DNA of 64,000 bases, from the NCBI GenBank assembly GCA_965116905.1, contig OZ220732.1, positions 320,001 to 384,000 on the forward strand. Reading direction: 5' to 3'. The stretch is from Longimicrobiales bacterium. Its GTDB lineage: Bacteria; Gemmatimonadota; Gemmatimonadetes; Longimicrobiales; Gaopeijiaceae. The translations under genes and the position numbers were made by a program. Positions 1-9,288 of the stretch are shown one piece after another. Numbering within the stretch: the first letter of the stretch is position 1; the number at the start of each line of letters is the position of its first letter. The notes below the pieces were generated by a model. The model made no database searches, had not been told where the DNA came from, and worked only from the letters and a program-made list of their open reading frames with translations.

Positions 1-1
1 G

Positions 2-1258
2 GCCGAGATGAAGGCCGGGCGCCTCTCCTACGCCAAGGCGCGGGCCATCACCCGGGTGGCCACGCCCCGGACCGAGGCCGAACTCCTCGACTACGCCCGC
101 AAGGGCTCGGCCGCGGCGGTGGAGCGCATGGTGCGGGGGGTGAAGCACCTGTCGCGCGACGGCGAGATCGGGGCCGAAGAGGCCCGGCACCGGGCCCGCA
201 CGTTGTCGGTCGTCATCGCCGCGGACGGGACGTACGTGGTGCGGGGCCGGCTCGAGCCCGAGGCGGGGGCCGTGCTGATGCGGGCCATCGAGGCCGCGAG
301 CGACGCGCTGTACCGGGGCGAGGACCCCGATGCGCGGCCACGGAGCCGCCAGCGCAGGGCCGATGCGATGGGGCTCGTCGCCGAGCGGGCGCTGGCGGCG
401 GGGCTGGGAGCGGGGGCCGATGCGAGAGAGGAGGCCGACGCGGGGGAAGCGATCGCGGAAGCGACGCCGAGCGGGACGCGGGCCGAGCGGTACCAGGTGA
501 CGGTGCACACCGAGATGGCCACGCTGGAGGAGGGCGGCGAGGGGGGCCGGTCGGAGCTCGACGGGGTGCGGGTGAGCGCCGAGACCTCGCGGCGCATGGC
601 GTGCGATGCGTCGCTGGTGGGGATGCTGCACCGGGAGGGCAAGGTCGTCAGCGTGGGGCGGAAGACGCGGACCATCCCGCCGCACCTCCGCCGGGCGCTC
701 GAGGAACGGGACCGGGGCTGCCGGTACCCGGCCTGCGGGAGCCGGTTCACCGAGGCGCATCATGTCCGGCACTGGGCCGACGGCGGCGAGACGAGTCTGG
801 CGAACACGGTGCTGCTCTGCCGGCGGCACCACCGGCTCGTGCACGAGGGCAGGGTCCGGATGGCGCTCGACCGGCACGGCCGGGCGGTGTTCTTCGCGCG
901 CAGCGGGGCGGCGGTCGCGAGGTGGGCGAGGCGGGCGGCGAGCCAGACAAGGCGGTGGAGCAGGCCGGCGAGCCAGGCGATGCGGTGGAGCAGGCCGGCA
1001 GGGCCGACCGCAGAACCGACCGCCGACGCGAGGACACCCCGCCACCCGCCCAGGCCGCCTGAGTCCCGCGTTTCCGCGGCAAATCCAGGGACACAGGCAT
1101 GTCGGGATGGGACGGGCTGGGGTCAACGGGACAGCCGAAACAACCGGACAGGCCGGGAAAGCCGGCGTGCGACTACCCGGGCCGGCAAGGCACCGTGGGC
1201 GGGTCCCCTCGCGCGGCCTCGATCGGCTCGAGGGGAATCAACTCCACCCGCCCCTTGA
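2..1258 (+). CDS. DUF222 / HNH endonuclease domain protein, 5'-truncated by the window; 3' end probably degenerate
   Basis: Frame is open from base 2. Contains LSYAKARAITRVATP, VSAETSRRMACDA and the HNH motif DRGCRYPACG...EAHHVRHWADGGETSLANTVLLCRRHHRLVHEG. After about 915 the frame becomes low-complexity. Confidence 0.8.
   Translation, partial: AEMKAGRLSYAKARAITRVATPRTEAELLDYARKGSAAAVERMVRGVKHLSRDGEIGAEEARHRARTLSVVIAADGTYVVRGRLEPEAGAVLMRAIEAASDALYRGEDPDARPRSRQRRADAMGLVAERALAAGLGAGADAREEADAGEAIAEATPSGTRAERYQVTVHTEMATLEEGGEGGRSELDGVRVSAETSRRMACDASLVGMLHREGKVVSVGRKTRTIPPHLRRALEERDRGCRYPACGSRFTEAHHVRHWADGGETSLANTVLLCRRHHRLVHEGRVRMALDRHGRAVFFARSGAAVARWARRAASQTRRWSRPASQAMRWSRPAGPTAEPTADARTPRHPPRPPESRVSAANPGTQACRDGTGWGQRDSRNNRTGRESRRATTRAGKAPWAGPLARPRSARGESTPPAP
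937..996 (+). repeat. 30-bp tandem duplication
   Basis: ggcgagccagacaaggcggtggagcaggcc followed by ggcgagccaggcgatgcggtggagcaggcc. Confidence 0.85.
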
Positions 1259-1401
1259 ACGGAAGCGCCTGCATTCTCTGGCCGGGCGTCAGTTCGAGCC
1301 GACTGGACGACCACAAGCCGGCCACGCCCCGTGCGAGGGCCCGACCGACCTCCGAGCGCCCCCACATTGGCAACCACGGGCCGACCGTTACACCTTTGGG
1401 C

Positions 1402-4194
1402 ATGACCCATGCCCCGACTCCGGACCGCGGGCACATCCCCCGGTTGACGCCGATCAGGCGGATCGTGTTTCTCGCGCTGCTCTGGCTGGGCGCCGGCGCG
1501 GGCGCGGCCACTCCGTTCGCCGCCGCCACAGCCCAGGAGGCCGCCGGCCTCGCCGGCCTCCGCGCGGGCCGGTACGACGAAGCCGTGCGCACACTCCGCC
1601 CGCAGGCACTCGGCGGCAATGGCCCCGCGCTGGCTGGATGGGTGACCACCCTCCGCGAGACCGGCGACTACGCGGGTGCGGTTCGGGCCGCCGAGCAGGG
1701 CGTGGAACGGGACGTCGCGGGCGCGCATGCACTCCTCGGCGCCGCCCTGCTGGACCTCGGCCGAGTCCCCGACGCCCGCGCCGCGCTCGAAACCGGTGCC
1801 GCCGACCCCGGCGAGTCCGGGGCGCTCGCGCGCGTTGAACTGGGCATCCTCGAATACGACTACGGCGACCGCGACCGCGCCCGCGGCATCTTCGACGGCT
1901 TCATCGACTACTACAACAGCGCCGCCAGCCGCACGGCGGCCGAAATCACGACGGCAGAACTCACGGCTGTCGGGCGCGCGCTCGTCCACCTCTCGCGCTG
2001 GAACTACGAGTACGCCCACGACGCCCTCACCGCCCTGGACGAAGCCATCGCGGCCGGCCCGCTCGACCACGCGGCGCAACTCACCGTCGGCGAACTCTTC
2101 CTGGAGCGCTACGACGCGAGACAGGCCGCCGAGGCCTTTCAGCAGGTGCTCTCCGAACATCCCGCGCACCCGCGCGCCCTCCTCGGACTGGCCCGAGTGG
2201 CAAGGCTGGAAGGCGGCGGCAGCCCGGCGGCCGCGCTGGAGGCTGCCCTGGAAACAAACCCGGATCTGGCGGAAGCGCGCATCCTGCTGGCCCGCATCCG
2301 TCTGCTGGGCGGGAGCCGGGACCAGGCGCTGGAGCAGGTCGACCGGGTGCTCGACGTGAATCCGGCGCACCTGGAGGCCCTGGGCACGAAGGCCGCGATC
2401 CTCCACCTGGCGCGAGACGACGCGGGACTGCGCACCGTGATGGACCGCATCGGCGCACTGACCGACGCCCCTACCGCGGCGCTCGTCGTCCTTTCGGAAC
2501 TCTCCGCCGACCACCGCAAGTACGAGGACGCGCTGGACTTCGCCCGCCAGGCCGCCAACGCCGACCCCGCCAGCTGGACGGCGTGGGGTCTCATGGGGCT
2601 CAACCAGGTCCGCCTGGGCAGGGTCGACGAGGGGCGGACCAACCTCGAGCGGGCGTTCGCCGGCGATCCCTTCAACCTCTGGTTCAAGAACACGCTCGAC
2701 CTCCTGGACACCTTCCCCGAATACCGCGTCGTCGAGACGCCGCACTTCCGCCTCGTGCTGCACGAATCCGAGGCCGATCTGCTGGCGCCGTACATGGAAG
2801 CGGTGGCGGAACGGGCGTATGCAGAGATGTCGCGGCGGTACGGTTACGCCCCTGAAGAACCCATCCGCGTCGAGGTCTATCCGCGCCACGCCGACTTCTC
2901 CGTGCGCACCGTCGGACTGGTCGGCATCGGGGCGCTCGGCGTGAGCTTCGGGCCCGCGCTCGCCATAGACTCGCCGACTGCGCGAACGCGGGGGGACTTC
3001 AACTGGGCTTCGACGCTGTGGCACGAGATCGCGCACTCCTTCCACATCGCCGTGTCCGACAGCGAGGTGCCGCGCTGGTTCTCGGAGGGGCTGGCGGTAC
3101 ACGAGCAGCGCAAGGCCGACATCGAGGGTCAGGGCTGGGGTCACCAGGCGGGCGTGAGCTTCGTCCGTTCACTGGCGGCGGGCGAGCTGCGCCCGGTCAG
3201 CGAGCTGGACAGGGGGTTTTCGAGCCCGCGGCATCCCGGCGAGGTGGGCGACAGCTACTACCAGTCGTCGCTGGTGTTCGAGCTGATCGAGGAGCGGCAC
3301 GGCTTCGGCGCCATCGTGGACATGCTGCGGGCATACCGCGACGGCGCTTCCAACGAAGAGGTGTTCGAACGCGCCCTGGGCGTGCGTCTGGAGGACTTCG
3401 ACGCCGACTTCGAGGACTTCCTGCAGGAGCGTTTCTCGGCGGCGATCGCCTCGGTGGGGAGCGATGGCGGAGAGGGAAGCGAGATGATCGCGCCGGCCAA
3501 CCCGCTGGCGGTCCTCGACATTGCGACCCTCGAGGCCGCGGTGGCGCGCGATCCGGGCCGCTTCGTGCCCCGCATGACCCTCGGGCAGGCCCTCTTCCGC
3601 GATGGCCGCAGGGCCGATGCGGCGGAGCACTTCGAGGCCGCGCTCGAGCTGTTCCCCCAGTACGGCGGCCCCGACGGCGCGCACTGGTTCCTGGGGCGCA
3701 TCCGGGAGGAGCAGGGTGACGCGGACGCCGCGATCGCGCACTACCGGGCCCTCCTCGCGCTCAACGAGAGCCACTACGACGCGCGGCTCGCGCTCGGGGG
3801 CTTGCTCGCGGGGAACGCCGGCGGCGCAGGGGACACGCGGCACGCGGGGGACGCGGGCGGCGCGGGGAACGCGGGAGACATCACGGCCGCGGCCGAGGTG
3901 CTTCGGGAGCTGGCGCATATTCACCCTTACGAGATCGAGGACCACGAGCGCCTGGCCGCGCTCCTGGAGAGGATCGGCGACCTCGAGGGCGCGGTGGCGG
4001 AGCGCAGGGCCGTCGTCGCGCTGGACCCCGTCGACCTGGCGTCGGCGCACTTCCGACTGGCCCGCGTGCTGCACAGCAGCGGCGACGCCGCCGCCGCCCG
4101 CAGCGCCGTCCTCGCGGCGCTGGAGATCGCGCCCAACTACGAGGAGGCGCTCGATCTGCTGCTGGAGCTTCGGCGCGGGAGCCCCGGGCGATGA
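1402..4194 (+). CDS. Secreted TPR-repeat protein with gluzincin (peptidase MA-like) domain
   Basis: Signal-like IVFLALLWLGAGAGAA...ATAQE; many TPR-like helices; HEIAH zinc motif followed by PRWFSEGLAVHE. Start placed at ATG 1402 rather than 1099. Confidence 0.8.
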   Translation: MTHAPTPDRGHIPRLTPIRRIVFLALLWLGAGAGAATPFAAATAQEAAGLAGLRAGRYDEAVRTLRPQALGGNGPALAGWVTTLRETGDYAGAVRAAEQGVERDVAGAHALLGAALLDLGRVPDARAALETGAADPGESGALARVELGILEYDYGDRDRARGIFDGFIDYYNSAASRTAAEITTAELTAVGRALVHLSRWNYEYAHDALTALDEAIAAGPLDHAAQLTVGELFLERYDARQAAEAFQQVLSEHPAHPRALLGLARVARLEGGGSPAAALEAALETNPDLAEARILLARIRLLGGSRDQALEQVDRVLDVNPAHLEALGTKAAILHLARDDAGLRTVMDRIGALTDAPTAALVVLSELSADHRKYEDALDFARQAANADPASWTAWGLMGLNQVRLGRVDEGRTNLERAFAGDPFNLWFKNTLDLLDTFPEYRVVETPHFRLVLHESEADLLAPYMEAVAERAYAEMSRRYGYAPEEPIRVEVYPRHADFSVRTVGLVGIGALGVSFGPALAIDSPTARTRGDFNWASTLWHEIAHSFHIAVSDSEVPRWFSEGLAVHEQRKADIEGQGWGHQAGVSFVRSLAAGELRPVSELDRGFSSPRHPGEVGDSYYQSSLVFELIEERHGFGAIVDMLRAYRDGASNEEVFERALGVRLEDFDADFEDFLQERFSAAIASVGSDGGEGSEMIAPANPLAVLDIATLEAAVARDPGRFVPRMTLGQALFRDGRRADAAEHFEAALELFPQYGGPDGAHWFLGRIREEQGDADAAIAHYRALLALNESHYDARLALGGLLAGNAGGAGDTRHAGDAGGAGNAGDITAAAEVLRELAHIHPYEIEDHERLAALLERIGDLEGAVAERRAVVALDPVDLASAHFRLARVLHSSGDAAAARSAVLAALEIAPNYEEALDLLLELRRGSPGR

Positions 4195-4210
4195 GCCGGG
4201 AGGTCGGGCG

Positions 4211-5041
4211 ATGAGCCGGGCAAACCGACTCATGGGCGCGGCAATGGCTGCCGGGGCCACCCTGCTGACCCTTTCCCTTGCCGCCGCGGCCATTCGGGCG
4301 CCGCAGGGCGCAACGGTCGCGGCCGCGCCGGGGACATCGCTCTCCTCTCCTCCCCAGCACTTCCTCAATGTCCCCTACGACGGCAGCTACACGTTCGTGC
4401 GGGTGCGCTTCAACACCTTTCGCAGGCGGGGGTTTTCGGCCGGATTCGGGCGCGGCGGCGGGCCCGGGTGGGCTCACGACTATCCGTACGCAGACGACAA
4501 CTTCATCAAGATTCTGGACGAGGTGACCCTGCTGGGACCGAATACCGAGGGCACCAACGTGATCGACGCCGACGACCCCGAACTCCACCGCTACCCGATC
4601 GCGTACGTCTCCGAGCCGGGAGAGTGGTCGCCGTCGCAGGCCGAAATCGACAACGTGACCGCCTACCTGCGGAAAGGCGGCTTCCTGATCCTCGACGACT
4701 TCCGCAGCATCCGCGAGTGGCAGAACGTCGAGGCGATCTTCCGCGCGATGCTCCCGGACCACCGCTTCCGGCCGCTGGTGCTGGAGGAGCCGATCTTCAA
4801 CGCGTTCTTCCAGATCGAGACGCTGGACCTGCCCCCGCCCACCTTTCAGCAGTACCGCCCGCAGTTTCTCGGGCTGCACGAGGGTGACGATCCGGACGCG
4901 CGCCTCATGGTGATCGCCAACTTCAACAACGACATCGGCGACTACTGGGAGTACTCCGACATGGGCTACTACCCCATCGACCTGTCTAACGAAGCGTACA
5001 AGTTCGGTGTCAACTATGTGATCTACGCGATGAACCGCTAG
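4211..5041 (+). CDS. DUF4159 domain protein
   Basis: WAHDYPYAD, YPIAYVSEPG, YLRKGGFLILDDF, NNDIGDYWE, FGVNYVIYAM; signal-like N-terminus; adjacent to MoxR. Confidence 0.8.
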   Translation: MSRANRLMGAAMAAGATLLTLSLAAAAIRAPQGATVAAAPGTSLSSPPQHFLNVPYDGSYTFVRVRFNTFRRRGFSAGFGRGGGPGWAHDYPYADDNFIKILDEVTLLGPNTEGTNVIDADDPELHRYPIAYVSEPGEWSPSQAEIDNVTAYLRKGGFLILDDFRSIREWQNVEAIFRAMLPDHRFRPLVLEEPIFNAFFQIETLDLPPPTFQQYRPQFLGLHEGDDPDARLMVIANFNNDIGDYWEYSDMGYYPIDLSNEAYKFGVNYVIYAMNR

Positions 5042-5189
5042 CCGTGGCGATGCCGCACTCCGCTTCGGCTGTCCGGTGTCCGCCGCACCGATTACGTTTG
5101 TTTCCCACGGCACCGCGCCGACGGGCGCGTCCGTCCACGGAGCACGGACGGTCAGCCGCGACTGATCCCACCTACACCATCCGCTGCCC

Positions 5190-6218
5190 GTGAACGAGAC
5201 CCTGCAAGCCGCACCCGAACCCCAGGCCGACGTGGCCCTCGCCCGCCGCATCCAGGAAGGACGCAAGAAGATCCTCTCCGAGGTCCGCAAGGTCATTGTC
5301 GGACAGGACGAGGCGGTCGACCAGGTCCTGCTGACCCTTTTCGTGGGGGGCAACAGCCTGATCGTGGGCGTGCCCGGACTGGCCAAGACACTGCTGATAC
5401 ACACGATCGCGCAGGTGCTGGACCTGGATTTCTCGCGCATTCAGTTCACGCCGGACCTCATGCCGTCCGACATCACCGGGACGGACATCATCCAGCAGCG
5501 CGAGGACGGCAGCCGGGGACTTGAATTCGCCGCGGGACCGATCTTCGCCAACGTCGTCCTGGCCGACGAGATCAACCGTACGCCGCCGAAGACCCAGGCG
5601 GCGCTCCTGGAGGCCATGCAGGAACACCGCGTCACCGTGCAGGCCAACACCTACGAGCTGGATCCTCCGTTTTACGTCTTCGCCACGCAGAACCCGATCG
5701 AGCTCGAGGGGACCTACCCGCTGCCCGAGGCGCAGCTGGACCGTTTCATGTTCCACATCCGCATGGACCACCTGGAAGAGGACGAGGAGATGGAGGTCGT
5801 GCGGGAGACCACCGACGAGGTCGAACCGGAGCTGGGGGCGGTGGTGTCGAAGGCCGACATGATCGCCTTCCAGGAGCTGGTGCGGCGCGTGCCGGTGGCC
5901 GAGCCCGTGATGCGCTACGCGGTGAACCTCGTGCGGGCGAGCCGGCCGAATCCGAACGGGAGTCACGACTTCGTGAAGAAGTGGGTGTCCTACGGGGCCA
6001 GCGTGCGCGCGGCCCAGTACCTGATCCTGGGCGGGAAGGCGCGCGCGCTCACCGAGGGTCGCCTCACGGTCAGCTTCGACGACATCCGGGCCCTGGCGCT
6101 GCCGGTGATGCGTCACCGGATCCTGACCAACTTCCACGCCGAATCCGAAGGGCGCACGACCGAAGAGCTGGTTGCGAGGCTCCTCGAAGCGGTTCCGGTT
6201 CCGCAATCCGGAATGTAG
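5190..6218 (+). CDS. MoxR family AAA+ ATPase
   Basis: Walker A GVPGLAKT, RIQFTPDLMPSDITG, Walker B LADEINRTPPKTQAALLEAMQE, ATQNPIELEGTYPLPEAQLDRF. Confidence 0.95.
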   Translation: MNETLQAAPEPQADVALARRIQEGRKKILSEVRKVIVGQDEAVDQVLLTLFVGGNSLIVGVPGLAKTLLIHTIAQVLDLDFSRIQFTPDLMPSDITGTDIIQQREDGSRGLEFAAGPIFANVVLADEINRTPPKTQAALLEAMQEHRVTVQANTYELDPPFYVFATQNPIELEGTYPLPEAQLDRFMFHIRMDHLEEDEEMEVVRETTDEVEPELGAVVSKADMIAFQELVRRVPVAEPVMRYAVNLVRASRPNPNGSHDFVKKWVSYGASVRAAQYLILGGKARALTEGRLTVSFDDIRALALPVMRHRILTNFHAESEGRTTEELVARLLEAVPVPQSGM

Positions 6219-6228
6219 GGAGGGCCGC

Positions 6229-7137
6229 GTGACCGCCTCGCCCGCGTCCAGGGCGTCCTTCCTGGACCCCGACGTCCTGGCGAGAATCGACAACCTGGAG
6301 CTGCTCGCACGGACCGTCGTGGACGGGTTTCTGCAGGGGATCCACCGCTCCCCCTACCTGGGCGTGAGCATGGACTTCGCGGAGCACCGGCCGTACATGC
6401 CGGGCGACGACATCCGGAAGATCGACTGGCGGCTCTATGCCCGCACCGACCGGTTCTACATCAAGCAGTTCGAGGCGGAGACGAACGCCGACGTAGGCTT
6501 CCTCCTCGACGTCTCGGCCTCGATGGGGTACGGCTCCGGCGAGACGAGCAAGCTCGACTACGGACGCTTCCTGACCGCCAGCCTCGCGTACTTTTCTGCT
6601 GGCCAGAAGGACCGCGTGGGACTGTATGCGTTCGACGACGACGTGGTGGAGCACGTCCGGCCCTCGGCGGCACACCTGGACAAGGTCCTCTACGCCGTGG
6701 CGCGGGTGAAGGCGGAGCGGGAGGGAAGCTGGGACAAGCCGCTCGCACGGGTCGCGAACACCTTTCGGCGGCGCGGCATTATGGTCGTGATTTCGGATTT
6801 CTACGCCGACCCCGACGAGATCTCGGCGACTCTGGGGTTCTTCCAGGCCCAGGGGCACGACGTGGTGGCGTTCCACGTGCTCGATCCCGCGGAGATCGAT
6901 TTCCCGTTTGCGCAGGCCTCCAACTTCCAGGACCTCGAGACGCGCGAAGTCCTGCAGGTGGTGCCCGAGAAGTTCGTCGAGGCCTACCGCGGCCATGTGC
7001 GCGCACACATCGAGGAACTGGGCAGGGGCTTCGGACGGCACGGGGTGGACTACGTCCTCCTCAACTCGGGGAAGCCCCTGGACGAGGCGCTCTACGCGTA
7101 CCTCACGTTCCGGCAGAAGTCGACCAGGGTCCGCTAG
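6229..7137 (+). CDS. DUF58 domain protein (MoxR-associated)
   Basis: GIHRSPYLG.SMDFAEHRPYMPGDDIRKIDWRLYART, LLDVSASM, VVISDF; GTG start after ggagg. Confidence 0.9.
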   Translation: MTASPASRASFLDPDVLARIDNLELLARTVVDGFLQGIHRSPYLGVSMDFAEHRPYMPGDDIRKIDWRLYARTDRFYIKQFEAETNADVGFLLDVSASMGYGSGETSKLDYGRFLTASLAYFSAGQKDRVGLYAFDDDVVEHVRPSAAHLDKVLYAVARVKAEREGSWDKPLARVANTFRRRGIMVVISDFYADPDEISATLGFFQAQGHDVVAFHVLDPAEIDFPFAQASNFQDLETREVLQVVPEKFVEAYRGHVRAHIEELGRGFGRHGVDYVLLNSGKPLDEALYAYLTFRQKSTRVR

Positions 7138-7143
7138 CCGCCC

Positions 7144-9258
7144 GTGGGATTCCTGACGCCCCTCTTCCTGATCGCGCTGGCCGGACTGGCGATCCCGGTC
7201 CTGATCCACCTCACGCGCCAGGAACGCGGCAAGCCGATCCGGTTCCCCTCGCTGATGTTCCTGGAACGGATCCCCTTCGAGGAGACCGCGCGCCGCCGCA
7301 TTCGGCACTGGCTCCTCCTGTTGATCCGGCTGGCGGCGCTCGCGGTGCTGGTCGCCGCGTTCGCACGCCCGTTCGTGCGGGGCGGAAGCCTTGCGGCCAT
7401 CGGCGGGCCGGGTCCGGAAGAGGTGGTGATCCTGCTCGACGTCTCCTACTCGATGGAACTGGGCGACAGCTGGGGCGACGCGGTGGCACACGCGCGTTCC
7501 GTTGCCGGGTCGCTCAGGGCACAGGACCGCGCGTCGCTTATCGCCTTTGCCGAAACGCCGACGCTGCTGCACCGCTCCGAGAGCGACCCGGCGCGTGTCC
7601 TGGCCACCCTGGACACCCTCCGGCCCGGCTCCCTCTCCACACGCATCGCGCCCGCCGTGAAGCTCGCGGCGACGACCCTCGCGGCCTCGACCCTGTCGCG
7701 GCACCGCGTGGTCGTGATCAGCGACTTCCAGCGCACGGGGTGGCAGCCCGACCCGGACGCGACGTTCCCGGGCGCGGTAACGGTCGAACCGGTCGTGATC
7801 GGCGACGCGGAGGCCGGGAATCTGGCGCTCACCGACCTCGCGCTGCGGCGGCGGTCCGAGGGCGGCCGCGAGCGCGTGGCGGTCGAGGCGCGGCTCGTCA
7901 ACTCGGGCGCCGACGAGGCCACAACCGAGGTGTCGCTGTGGATCGACGAGAGCGAGGTCGCCACGGCCACCGCGGTGGTATCCGGCGGCGGTGCGGCCCC
8001 GGTTCGCTTCGATCCGTTCACGCTGACGAACATGTTCACCCGGGGAGAGGTCCGCATCTCCGATCCCGCAGGCGTGGGACTCCCGGCGGACAACACCCTG
8101 AGCTTCGTGACCTCGCCCGGAGGCGACCTCGCCGTGCTCGTCGTCGATCCTCTGGGCACGGGCGAGTCCAACCTGTACCTGCGCGGGGCGCTGGGCATCG
8201 CCGAGGACGCGGGCTTCACGGCGACGGTGCAGGCCGGCAGCCCCAGCGCGGCGCAGCTCGACGCCGCGGACGTGGTCGTCCTGAACGCGGGTCCCTTTCC
8301 CGGCGGAGACGCGGGCAACCGGTTGCGCGCCTTCGTGGAGGACGGCGGCGGGCTGCTGATGGTCCTTGGCGAGCGCAGCACCGTGCCCGCCGTACACGCC
8401 GACTTCCTGCCCGCAACGGTCGGTGGGGTGTCGGACGCCGCGGGCGAACGCCGCCTCGGTTTCGTGGACTATGATCACGCGGTCTTCGAGGCGTTCCGAG
8501 GCCCCCGGTCCGGAGACTTTTCCCAGGCTTCCTTCTACCGGACCCGCACCCTCTCGGTCGGCGACGGCCAGGTGCTCGCACGCTTCGCGGACGGCGGCGC
8601 CGCACTGGTCGAGGGCCGTCGCGGCAGGGGCCGGGTGCTCGTATGGGCGACGGGCCTGGACCGCTTCTGGAACAATCTGCCGCTACAGCCGGTCTACCTT
8701 CCGTTCGTGCACCGCGTCACCCGGTATCTCGGGGGGCGCGGCGAGGCGCCGCCCTGGTACCTGGCCGGCTCGACCGTGAACCTGACCACCTTTGCCGAAG
8801 CGGCCGGTTCGGTGGAGATCCCGGCGGGAGCGGCGGCGATGGAGCCGGGGGGCGGAGCCGTGGCGGTCGACCCCGCGACCTCCATTCTGCGGCTGCACAA
8901 GCGCGGAATCTGGGAGATCCGCCCGCCGGGGCAGCGTTCCGATCATCCGCTCGCGCTGGCAGCGAACGTCGACGTCGGCGAATCGGATCTGGCGAAAGTG
9001 GACGTGGAGGAGTTCCAGTCGGCCATCGGGGCCGGCACCGCAGCCGATTTGGCGACGGACGACGCGGAGGCCATCTTGGAGGTACCGGAGGAAGACTTCG
9101 AAAAGCGACAGTCCTTCTGGCGCTACTTGCTTGTCGCGGCCTTCCTGCTGATGGTCTCCGAGACGGTGTTGGCCAACCGCCTGTCGAGGAACAGAATCAA
9201 AGAAAGGGCGGGAGGCGCCCGACATCGACGCCCGCGGGAGGTGAAGACGGAGTCGTGA
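7144..9258 (+). CDS. BatA N-terminal + VWA domain membrane protein
   Basis: MGFLTPLFLIALAGLAIPVLIHL...FPSLMFL...LLLLIRLAALAVLVAAFARP; MIDAS-like DVSYSM; VISDFQ; C-terminal TM WRYLLVAAFLLMVSE. Confidence 0.85.
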   Translation: MGFLTPLFLIALAGLAIPVLIHLTRQERGKPIRFPSLMFLERIPFEETARRRIRHWLLLLIRLAALAVLVAAFARPFVRGGSLAAIGGPGPEEVVILLDVSYSMELGDSWGDAVAHARSVAGSLRAQDRASLIAFAETPTLLHRSESDPARVLATLDTLRPGSLSTRIAPAVKLAATTLAASTLSRHRVVVISDFQRTGWQPDPDATFPGAVTVEPVVIGDAEAGNLALTDLALRRRSEGGRERVAVEARLVNSGADEATTEVSLWIDESEVATATAVVSGGGAAPVRFDPFTLTNMFTRGEVRISDPAGVGLPADNTLSFVTSPGGDLAVLVVDPLGTGESNLYLRGALGIAEDAGFTATVQAGSPSAAQLDAADVVVLNAGPFPGGDAGNRLRAFVEDGGGLLMVLGERSTVPAVHADFLPATVGGVSDAAGERRLGFVDYDHAVFEAFRGPRSGDFSQASFYRTRTLSVGDGQVLARFADGGAALVEGRRGRGRVLVWATGLDRFWNNLPLQPVYLPFVHRVTRYLGGRGEAPPWYLAGSTVNLTTFAEAAGSVEIPAGAAAMEPGGGAVAVDPATSILRLHKRGIWEIRPPGQRSDHPLALAANVDVGESDLAKVDVEEFQSAIGAGTAADLATDDAEAILEVPEEDFEKRQSFWRYLLVAAFLLMVSETVLANRLSRNRIKERAGGARHRRPREVKTES

Positions 9259-9288
9259 GCGATTCCGTGACAGACTGAAGGGGGGAAC

